Positions 16,913 to 25,141 of a stretch of 57,429 bases of DNA are shown here, one piece after another. Source of the DNA: Verrucomicrobiota bacterium (lineage in GTDB: Bacteria; Verrucomicrobiota; Verrucomicrobiia; Opitutales; Opitutaceae); the NCBI GenBank assembly GCA_026398065.1, contig JAPLTR010000271.1, forward strand, positions 1 through 57,429, in the 5' to 3' direction. Under the pieces are notes generated by a model that did no database searches, had not been told where the DNA came from, and saw only the letters and a list, made by a program, of their open reading frames with translations. How positions within the stretch are numbered: position 1 is the stretch's first letter; each line of letters begins with the position of its first letter. A program made the translations under genes and the position numbers.

Positions 16913-19266
16913 GTGCCCGACCTCCGCCACGCCTTCCGCTCCCTCGCCCGCACCCCCGGCTTCACCGTCGTGGCGGCGCTGACGCTCGCGCTCGGCATCG
17001 GGGCCTCCACCGCGATCTTCTCCGTCGTCCACGCCCTGCTCCTCTCGCCCCTCCGCTACGGCGATGCCCGCCCCCTGGTCCAGCTCCGCTCCTCGCACCC
17101 CCAGCAGGGCTTCGCCGGTCTCGCCCCCGCCACGGTCATGGAGATCGCGACCACCGCGCAATCCTTCGAGACCGTCGCGGCGCAGACTTACTACTACTAC
17201 AACCTCACCAAGATCGGCACCGCCGCCCGCATCACCGGCCTCCAGGCCACCGCCGACTATTTCAAACTCTGGCAGGTGGCCCCGCTCCTCGGCCGCACGT
17301 GGAACGCCGACGATTGCCGTGCCGCCAGCCCGCCCGTCGTCGTCCTCTCCGAACAGATCTGGCGCAAATACTACGCCGCCAACCCCGGGATCCTCGACCA
17401 GCCCATCACCATCGACGACGTCGCCGTGACCGTCATCGGCATCATGCCCGCGTCCTTCCAGGATCCATGGGGCAACGGCGGGCTCTGGCGTCCGATCGCG
17501 ACGGACGGCGACGCTCCGCGCGACCGCAGCTCCCGCTACTGGAGCCCGTTCGCGCGGCTCAGGCCCGGCGTCACCCTCGCGCAGGCCAACGCCGAGCTCG
17601 CCACCCTGGCCGCCCGTCTCAGTGAGACGTATCCGGAAAACTATCGCGGCTGGACGCTCGTCACGGGCGACCTCCAGCGCGCCGTCGTCGGCGACTACCG
17701 CACCGGCCTACTCGTCATCCTCGGCGCCGTCGGCTGCGTCATGCTCATCACCTGCACCAACGTCGCCGGCCTCAACGTCGTGCGCGCCGCGGCCCGCCGC
17801 AAGGAGCTCGCCGTGCGCATCGCCCTCGGCGCGTCCCGCGGCCAGCTCCTCGGCGAACTCCTCGCCGAGAGCCTGCTCCTCGCCCTGATCGGCGGCGTCG
17901 GCGGCGTGCTGCTCGGCAGCTGGGGCATCGACGCCCTCCTCGCCACCCTCCCCGGTGGCGGCGGCATCCCTCGCGCCGACGAGATCGCCCTCAACGGCCC
18001 CGTGCTGGCCGCCGCCCTCCTCCTCACCCTCGTCACCGGTCTCGTCTTCGGCCTCGCCCCGGGCTTCACCGCCGCGCGCGTCGACGCCAACGACGCGCTC
18101 AAGGCCACCGCCCGCTCCTCCGCCCATCCCGCCGTGCGGCGGGTCCGCTCCATCCTCGTCGTCACCGAGATCGCCCTCGACGTCTTCCGAGACGACGACA
18201 CCGGTGAGATGCCAGCCGTGTGCTTTCCCTGACCGTCTCCCTCTCCGACCAACGCTACAAGACCCCCGCGCAGCGCCTCGATTTCTACCACCGCGCCCTC
18301 ACCGAAGTGGCCGCCGTGCCCGGCGTCGCCGCCGCGGGCTTCACCAACACGTCGCCCTTCCGCTGGGGCATTCCCGTCACTCTCGTCCCGGTCGGCCGCG
18401 ACGGCACGGTCGCCGAGGCCAATGTCCCACAGACCTACTACGACTCCGTCAGCGCCGACTACTTCCGCGCGGCGGGCATTCCGCTGCTGTCCGGCCGGCT
18501 CTTCGACGCTTCGGACCGGGCCGGCGCCAAGCCCACGGTCATCCTCAGCGAGACCACCGCCCGCCGCCTTTTCGACACCGCCGATCCGGTCGGTCGCGAG
18601 GTCGCCAGCGCCGCCAACCCCGCCTCGCGTTTCGAGGTCGTCGGCGTCGTCGGCGACGTCCGTCGCCTGGGCCTCTCCAGCACGCCGCCGCCCCAGGCCT
18701 ATCGCTCGCTCGACCAGCGCCCCACCGCCTTCGCCACGCTCATGGTGCGCACCACGCTTCCGCCCAACACCCTCGCCAAGTCCGTGACCGCCGCCCTCGC
18801 CCACGTCGATCCCGACACGCCCATTTCCGAGGTGTCCGCCATGGACGCGGTGGTCAGCCGCACGGTCACCCAGCCCCGGCTCTACGTGATCCTCTTCACG
18901 GTCTTCGCCCTGCTCGCCCTGCTCCTCGCCGCCATCGGCCTGTACGGCCTGGTCGCCTACAGCATCGCGCAGCGCACGCGCGAATTCGGCATCCGCGCCG
19001 CCCTCGGCGCCAGCCCCCGCGAGGTCCGCACCCTCGTCCTGCGCGAGGGCCTCCTCCTCGTCGGCGTCGGCCTCGCCCTCGGTTTCGTCGGCGCCCTGGT
19101 CGCCACGCGCTTCCTCGCGGAAATGATCACCGACACCTCCGTGCACGACCCGGTCGTCTTCGTCGTGGTCCCGCTCGTCCTCGCCGCCACCGCCCTCGCC
19201 GCCTGCCTCATCCCCGCCCGCCGCGCGATGCGCGTCGATCCGTCCGTCGCCCTGCGGACGGAGTAG
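16913..19266 (+). pseudogene. ADOP-type permease, paralogue 2: internal deletion/frameshift removing the first TM helix of the second FtsX half
   Basis: GTG 16913 gives (M)PDLRHAFRSLARTPGFTVVAALTLALGIGASTAIFS. The frame ends at 18232 after ...ILVVTEIAL-DVFRDDDTGEMPAVCFP*. The family sequence resumes in another frame from ~18208 (DASRVLSLTVSLSDQRY...) and runs to the canonical end RRAMRVDPSVALRTE*. About 24 conserved residues (ALVLLxGAGLLxRSF..VDPGF) are absent. Confidence 0.7.
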
Positions 19267-19305
19267 CGCGCAGTCTCAAACCACCTCTCACGGCTCGCTC
19301 GCCGC

Positions 19306-19340
19306 CTACTCGCTACTCACTACCCGCTACTCGCTACTTT
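19306..19340 (+). repeat. 5 x 7-bp tandem repeat leader (CTACTCG CTACTCA CTACCCG CTACTCG CTACTTT)
   Basis: Read directly. It is followed by CTCCCC and ATG 19347. Confidence 0.9.
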
Positions 19341-19346
19341 CTCCCC

Positions 19347-21764
19347 ATGTCCGACCTCCGCTCCGCTTTCCGTACCCTGCGAAAGACCCCCGTCCTCTCG
19401 CTCGTCATCATCCTGTCGCTCGCCGCCGGCATCGGCGCCAACACCACCATCTTCAGCTGGCTCAACAGCGCCGTCTTCCACCCGCTCCCCGGCGTCACCA
19501 CCGATCTGATCGCCCTTGAGGCCCGCAACGCCGCCGGCACCTATCCCGGCACCTCGTGGCTCGAATACCGCGATCTCGTGGAACGCCTGCCCTCGTTCTC
19601 CGGCCTCGCCGCCCAGCGTCCGCGCACCTTCTACCTCGGCGACAACGAGCGCGGCGAACGCCTCTGGGGCGAATTCGTCTCCGGCAATTTCTTCGAGGTC
19701 CTCGGCGTGCATCCCGCCCGCGGCCGGTTCTTCCGCCCCGACGAGGCCACAAACCCCGGCGGCGCGCCCGTCGCCGTTATCTCCGATAATTTCTGGCGCC
19801 GTCATTTCTCCGGCTCGGCCGAGGCCATCGGCCAGACCATCAAGCTCAACAACCGTCCGCTCACCGTCATCGGCATCGCCCCGCCCGGCTTCGCGGGCGC
19901 GTTCAACGCCCTCGGCTTCGACGTGTGGATCCCGCTCACGATGTCGTCCGAGCTCATGCCCGCGAGCCGTGAGCTCACCGACCGCGACACCCGCGCCTAC
20001 ATCCTCCTCGGCACGCTCAAGCCCGGCGTCTCCCGCGCCCGGGCCGAGGGTGAGGTCGCCGCCGCCGCCCGCTCCCTCGCCGCCGAACACCCCGGCACCA
20101 ACGACGGCATCCGCTACGAACTCCTGCCGCTCTGGCGCACCCCGCGGGGCGGCGCGATCCTCAGCGGCGCGCTCGCCACCCTCCAGTTGTTCGCCGTCCT
20201 CATCCTCGTCATCGTCTGCGTCAACACCGCCAACCTCCTCCTCGCCCGCGCCTCCGTCCGTCGCCGCGAGATGGGCATTCGCCTCGCCATCGGCGCCGGT
20301 GCCGGCCGCATCATCCGGCAACTCCTCACGGAGAGCGTCCTCCTCGCCCTCCTGGGCTCCGCCCTCGGCCTGCTCCTGGCCCTCTGGGGCGTCGACGCCA
20401 TCCGCCACATCCCCGTCCCGACCAACATGCCCGTGCGTCTCGGGGCCGAACTCGACTGGCGCGGCCTGCTCTTCGCCGTCGGCACCGGAGCCGCCAGCGG
20501 CCTGCTCTTCGGTCTCGCCCCCGCCCTCCAGCTCGCGCGCTCGGATGTGCAGCACGCCCTCCGCGGCGGGCGCGGGACGCTCTCCGGCCGCAGCCGTCTC
20601 CGCGATTTCCTCGTCGGCACCGAGGTCGCCGTCGCCCTGGTCATCCTCGTGCTCGCCGGGCTCTTCCTGAAGAGCTTCCGCAACGCCCAGACCGTGGACG
20701 CCGGCTACTCGGCCGACCGCGTCCTCCTCGCGTCCGTCGATCTCGTCGGCCGAGGCTACAGCCGGGCCACAATGCGCACCTTTCTCCGCGACGCCCAGGC
20801 CCGCCTCGAACAGATTCCTGGTGTTGAGCGCGCCGCCGCCGCCAACACCCTGCCACTCGATGTCCGCGGCGCGCCGAAATCCGCGCTCACCATCGATGGC
20901 GCTCCACGCACGCCCGGCGACACCGCCCAGGTTCTCTTCTACACCGTCACCCCCGGCTACTTCGCGACCATGGGCATCCACGTGGTCAATGGCACCGACC
21001 TCGCACCCCTGGATCAGGAGAAACGCACGCCGGACGCCGTCATCAGCGAGGAAATGGCGCGCCGCTTCTGGCCCGGTGTCTCGCCCCTCGGCCATCATTT
21101 CCGCCTCAGCGAGCAGGACGACGACTACGAGGTCGTCGGAGTCGCCCGGGAGAGCAAATACGAGAGCCTCGCCGAGCGCCCGCAGGCCGCCGTGTGGCTC
21201 ACCGCCCGCACGGGCGCGATCTTCACCCCCGTACTCCACGTCCGCGCCCGCAGCGGCGACCCGCTCGCGCTGCTCACCCCGATGCGCGCCGCCCTGCGCA
21301 CCCTCGATCCCGAGCTCGCGCTCTACGATGGCCGCACGCTCGCCCAACATATCGACAACAACCTCTTCCTCCAGCGCGTCCCCGCGCAGATGCTCAGCCT
21401 CCTCGCGCCTCTCGCCCTCCTGCTCGCCGCCATCGGCCTCTACGCCGTCCTGGCCTACACGGTCGCCCAGCGCACCCAGGAGATCGGCGTCCGCCTCACG
21501 CTCGGCGCCACACCCGCCTCCGTCGTCGGCCTGATCGTGCGCGAGGGCATGCAGGTCGTCCTGTTCGGCGCCGCCGCCGGCTGGCTCGTCGCACTCGCCC
21601 TCGGCTACACCTTCTCCACCCGGTTCGTCGGCGTCTCTCTCGGCGACCCGGTCATCTACGGCGGCATCCCCCTCCTCCTCCTCGCCGTCGCCGCCCTCGC
21701 CTGCTGGTTCCCCGCCCGCCGCGCCGCCCGCGTCGACCCGATGATCGCGCTGCGTGCAGAGTAG
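19347..21764 (+). CDS. ADOP-type duplicated FtsX/MacB permease, paralogue 3 (intact)
   Basis: 805 aa from ATG 19347. MSDLRSAFRTLRKTPVLSLVIILSLAAGIGANTTIFS... Two FtsX-type 4-TM modules, each with a large periplasmic domain. Ends RRAARVDPMIALRAE*. Confidence 0.88.
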   Translation: MSDLRSAFRTLRKTPVLSLVIILSLAAGIGANTTIFSWLNSAVFHPLPGVTTDLIALEARNAAGTYPGTSWLEYRDLVERLPSFSGLAAQRPRTFYLGDNERGERLWGEFVSGNFFEVLGVHPARGRFFRPDEATNPGGAPVAVISDNFWRRHFSGSAEAIGQTIKLNNRPLTVIGIAPPGFAGAFNALGFDVWIPLTMSSELMPASRELTDRDTRAYILLGTLKPGVSRARAEGEVAAAARSLAAEHPGTNDGIRYELLPLWRTPRGGAILSGALATLQLFAVLILVIVCVNTANLLLARASVRRREMGIRLAIGAGAGRIIRQLLTESVLLALLGSALGLLLALWGVDAIRHIPVPTNMPVRLGAELDWRGLLFAVGTGAASGLLFGLAPALQLARSDVQHALRGGRGTLSGRSRLRDFLVGTEVAVALVILVLAGLFLKSFRNAQTVDAGYSADRVLLASVDLVGRGYSRATMRTFLRDAQARLEQIPGVERAAAANTLPLDVRGAPKSALTIDGAPRTPGDTAQVLFYTVTPGYFATMGIHVVNGTDLAPLDQEKRTPDAVISEEMARRFWPGVSPLGHHFRLSEQDDDYEVVGVARESKYESLAERPQAAVWLTARTGAIFTPVLHVRARSGDPLALLTPMRAALRTLDPELALYDGRTLAQHIDNNLFLQRVPAQMLSLLAPLALLLAAIGLYAVLAYTVAQRTQEIGVRLTLGATPASVVGLIVREGMQVVLFGAAAGWLVALALGYTFSTRFVGVSLGDPVIYGGIPLLLLAVAALACWFPARRAARVDPMIALRAE

Positions 21765-21860
21765 TTTTTGCCACGGATTGCACGCCCTAAGGGACTTCCT
21801 CGCTCCGCTCGATCTCCACTGTGCCGCGAAGATTTGCTCATCTGATGGGCGCAGCTCAGA

Positions 21861-22193
21861 TTGGCCGCCTTGAAATCCAGCCTGTCCCGCCCCGACCCCG
21901 ACTTCCCCGCCTTTGTCAGCGAGCAGCTCGCCGCGATCCCCGCGCTCAAGAGCCGCCCGATGTTCGGCGCGCACGGCCTCTATTCCGGCGACACTTTCTT
22001 CGGGATCGTCTGGCGCGGCTCGCTCTATTTCCGGACCTCTCCCTCCACCGTCGCCGACTACGATGCCGCGAATGCCAGCTGGTTTCAGCCCAACCCCCAG
22101 CAGGCCCTGAAAACCTACCGCGAAGTCCCCGCCTCCGTCCTCGCCCGTCCGGCCTCGCTCCTCGCGTGGGCCCAACGCGCCATCGCCTGCTGA
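21861..22193 (+). CDS. TfoX N-terminal-domain protein
   Basis: 110 aa with a TTG start. RPMFGAHGLYSGDTFFGIVWRGSLYFRTS... matches the TfoX_N pattern (MFGG.GLY..G..F......LY.K). Confidence 0.6.
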   Translation: MAALKSSLSRPDPDFPAFVSEQLAAIPALKSRPMFGAHGLYSGDTFFGIVWRGSLYFRTSPSTVADYDAANASWFQPNPQQALKTYREVPASVLARPASLLAWAQRAIAC

Positions 22194-22250
22194 CGTCGCC
22201 CGCGCGCTTTGACGCCTTCGCGGCCCCCAAACCGGTTCACCCCGCAGTCG

Positions 22251-22379
22251 TCCCATTTCTGGGATGACGACGTTCCATCGTCGGACGCGCCGGCGCGCCC
22301 GTCCCGGCTTGGCTAAATTTTTAAGCGTTGCCCCGCCGGGCTTTGCCGCGCGACCCCGCCCCCGGGCACGCCCTCTGCA
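22251..22379 (+). promoter_or_regulatory. Sigma54 promoter module P3 (upstream of permease paralogue 4)
   Basis: GGGCACgccctCTGCA at 22364-22379 has GG-N10-GC spacing. The palindrome TCCCAtttcTGGGA at 22251-22264 lies 100 nt upstream of the GG. AAATTTTT at 22315-22322 sits about 50 nt upstream of the GG. Confidence 0.7.
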
Positions 22380-22489
22380 AACTCCCCCGCGCCGACTCCG
22401 CGCTTACCCAATTTCGCGGATTCCGGTTTTCGTTTTACCACCATTCCGTCCCTCGCCGCTCGCACCGCCACGCCCTCCCGCTCCCTCCG

Positions 22490-25012
22490 ATGCTCCTCGA
22501 AACCTTCCTCCAAGACCTCCGCCTCGGCGTCCGCGTGCTCATCAAGGAAAAGAGCTTCTGCGCCCTCGCCGTCGCCGTCCTCGCCCTCGGCATCTGCGCG
22601 GTCACCACCCAGTTCAGCGTCGTCAACGGCGTCATGCTCCGCGGCTTCTCGTTTCCCAACGCCGACCGCCTGATGAGTGTGCAGTTCATCGATCCCGCGC
22701 CCGCCCAGCCAAACCAGTTCGGCAACAACACCCAGGTCTTCGCCCTCGACTACCAGGAGATCGCCGCCAGCCAGAAATCCTTCGACCTCGTGGCCGCCTA
22801 CATCAACGGCTCCACCGTCAACCTCACCTACGAGGGCAAGCCCGAGCGCTACACCGGCGCCTACGTCACGGAAAACTTCTTCAAGATTCTCGGCGTCACC
22901 CCGGCCCGCGGCCGCGACTTCACCGCCGCCGACAACCGGCCCGGCGCCGAGAAGACCGCCCTCATCTCCCACGAGCTCTGGCAGGCCAATTTCGGCGGCG
23001 CCCCCGACATCGTCGGCAAATCTGTCCGCCTCAACGGCCGCGCCGCCGTGATCATCGGCGTGATGCCCCCGGGCTTCGCGTTCCCCGTCAACGAGCAGCT
23101 CTGGATCCCTCTCTTCACCGAGTTCCCGCCCAAGCCCCGCAACGAGCGTAATGCCCAGGGCAATACCCCCGCCGTCATCGGCCTGCTCCGCCCCGGCGTC
23201 AGCGTCGAACAGGCCAACAGCGAGATCTCCACGTTCGCCACGCGCCTCGCGCAGGACTTCCCCGACAGCAACAAGCAGTTCAGCGTCGGCCTCGTCCAGC
23301 CGCTCATCCGCACCTTCACCCCCGTCCAGATCCGGGGCCTCCTGCTCTCGATGCTCGGGGTCTGCGTCGCCGTCCTCTTCCTCGCCTGCTCGAACGTCAT
23401 GAACATGCAGTTCGCGCGCGCCACCCTCCGGGCCAAGGAGCTCGCCATCCGCTCCTCCCTCGGCGCGACCCGCTGGCGCCTCGTCCGCCAGATGCTCACC
23501 GAGAGCCTCCTCCTCGCCACCATCGGCGGCGTGGTCGGCGTCATCCTGGCCTACAAGGCCACCGACTTCCTCCAGGCCACCGTCAAGAACCTCCCCAACC
23601 CCATCCCGTCCTACATCACCTTCGACATCGATGGCCGCGTCCTCGCGCTCATCGTCGCCATCACGATGCTCGCCGCCATCGTCTCCGGCGTCGTCCCCGC
23701 CTGGCTGGCCTCGCACGCCAACCCCAACGACGCCCTCAAGGAGGGCGGCCGCGGCAACACCTCCCGCGCCATCAACTTCATCACGCGCGGCCTCGTCGTG
23801 TTCCAGATTTTCCTCACCTGCATCATCCTCATCGCCTCGTTCCTCCAGTTTCAGTCCATCCTCCGCCAGCAGAAGCTCGAGTACGGCTACAACACCACCG
23901 CCCTCGTCTCCGCCCGCATGGGGCTCATGGACGGCGACTACCCGACCGGCGACGCCCGCCGCCTCTTCTACGACCGCCTGCTCCGCGAGCTCCGCGCCTC
24001 CCCCGAGGTCGAGGCCGCCGCCCTCACCAGCCGCTTCCGCATGACCTTCGCCGGCAACGGCCCGATCGAGATCGAGGGCCGCGAGTACAAGGAGAACCGC
24101 GACCGCCCCAACGCCAACTTCGAGAACGTCACCGACGGCTACTTCGCCACGCTCGGTCAGAAGCTCCTCGAGGGCCGCGATTTCACGGCCGACGACACCG
24201 ACCTCCGGCAGCCCGTCGCCGTCGTGAATGCCTTCTTCGCCAAGAAATATTTTGGCACCGGGAGCGCCCTCGGCCGCCGCTTCCGCACCGTCGGCAACAA
24301 CGGCCAGCTCTTCGGAGCGTGGCGCACTATCGTCGGCGTCGTCTCCGATGTTCGGATGCTCGGCCCGTTCAACAATCCCAATGTCGACGCCGCCGGCTTC
24401 TACGTGCCGCTGTACTCGACCGTCTTCGGCCCCGCCGCCGCCCCCGTCGGCCAGCAGTTCACCACTGTCCTCGTCAAACCCCGTGGCGTCCCCGCCGCCA
24501 CCTTCGCCAACAACCTCCGCCGCCTCACCCAGCGCGCCGACGCCAATCTCCCGCTCTACTTCGTCGGCACCCCCGCCGAGAACATCGACAGCTTCCTCGG
24601 CCAGAACCGCGTGCTCGCCGCGATGTTCAGCACCTTCGGCGTCGTCGCGATGATTCTCGCCGCCGTCGGCCTCTACGGCGTCACCAGCTTCTCCGTCAAT
24701 CAGCGCACGTCGGAATTCGGCATCCGCATGGCCCTCGGCGCCGACCAGACCAACATCCTCGTCATGGTCCTCCGTCAGGGCTCCGTGCAGCTTGCCCTCG
24801 GCCTTGTCTTCGGCCTCGGCCTCGCCCTGCTCATCGCGATCCTCGGCGCCGAGGCCATCGGCAATGCCCTTTCCAACATGATCAGCCCGAGCGACCCGCT
24901 CACGTACCTCGCCGTCGCCGTCCTCCTCTCGGTCGTCTCCTTCGTCGCCACGCTCATCCCCGCCCGCCGCGCCACCCGCGTCGACCCCATGATCGCGCTC
25001 CGGGCGGAGTAG
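22490..25012 (+). CDS. ADOP-type permease, paralogue 4 (intact)
   Basis: 840 aa from ATG 22490. MLLETFLQDLRLGVRVLIKEKSFCALAVAVLALGICAVTTQFS... Ends RRATRVDPMIALRAE*. Confidence 0.88.
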   Translation: MLLETFLQDLRLGVRVLIKEKSFCALAVAVLALGICAVTTQFSVVNGVMLRGFSFPNADRLMSVQFIDPAPAQPNQFGNNTQVFALDYQEIAASQKSFDLVAAYINGSTVNLTYEGKPERYTGAYVTENFFKILGVTPARGRDFTAADNRPGAEKTALISHELWQANFGGAPDIVGKSVRLNGRAAVIIGVMPPGFAFPVNEQLWIPLFTEFPPKPRNERNAQGNTPAVIGLLRPGVSVEQANSEISTFATRLAQDFPDSNKQFSVGLVQPLIRTFTPVQIRGLLLSMLGVCVAVLFLACSNVMNMQFARATLRAKELAIRSSLGATRWRLVRQMLTESLLLATIGGVVGVILAYKATDFLQATVKNLPNPIPSYITFDIDGRVLALIVAITMLAAIVSGVVPAWLASHANPNDALKEGGRGNTSRAINFITRGLVVFQIFLTCIILIASFLQFQSILRQQKLEYGYNTTALVSARMGLMDGDYPTGDARRLFYDRLLRELRASPEVEAAALTSRFRMTFAGNGPIEIEGREYKENRDRPNANFENVTDGYFATLGQKLLEGRDFTADDTDLRQPVAVVNAFFAKKYFGTGSALGRRFRTVGNNGQLFGAWRTIVGVVSDVRMLGPFNNPNVDAAGFYVPLYSTVFGPAAAPVGQQFTTVLVKPRGVPAATFANNLRRLTQRADANLPLYFVGTPAENIDSFLGQNRVLAAMFSTFGVVAMILAAVGLYGVTSFSVNQRTSEFGIRMALGADQTNILVMVLRQGSVQLALGLVFGLGLALLIAILGAEAIGNALSNMISPSDPLTYLAVAVLLSVVSFVATLIPARRATRVDPMIALRAE

Positions 25013-25072
25013 CCTCCGAAATCGTTCTCTTTCCTCGTTCTCTTAATCTTTCTCCTCCCCCTTTTCCCGCGC

Positions 25073-25128
25073 CACCATTCGTCATTCCCCTCCAATCGAA
25101 AATCGAGAATCCAAAATCGAAAATTCCC
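25073..25128 (+). repeat. 8 x 7-bp phased leader: CACCATT CGTCATT CCCCTCC AATCGAA AATCGAG AATCCAA AATCGAA AATTCCC
   Basis: Read directly. The A/T-rich 35-bp part (25094-25128) recurs at 27647-27680 with one mismatch. Confidence 0.9.
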
Positions 25129-25141
25129 CCCGCCGGCCCTC

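Noticed and set aside
21000-21016. Additional TGGCAC-containing sites inside genes, for example TGGCACcgaccTCGCA at ~21001, and others near 13003, 41031 and 53161.
   Set aside because: They lie within coding regions, have poor -12 elements, and have no upstream TCCCA-N4-TGGGA palindrome or A/T tract.
19320-22256. Very long antisense ORFs. Examples are 978 aa at 19320-22256(-), 778 aa at 14324-16660(-), 934 aa at 27603-30407(-), 1195 aa at 41317-44904(-) and 904 aa at 47956-50670(-).
   Set aside because: All are Gly/Ala/Glu/Asp/Arg-rich low-complexity translations lying exactly opposite genes with clear conserved domains. They are the typical stop-codon-poor shadow frames of high-GC DNA.
22247-22268. 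The hairpin GTCGTCCCA-tttc-TGGGATGAC downstream of the TfoX_N gene, first read as an intrinsic terminator.
   Set aside because: Its core TCCCA-N4-TGGGA recurs at a fixed distance upstream of all four sigma54 promoters, so an enhancer (UAS) site is the better explanation. A dual role cannot be excluded.
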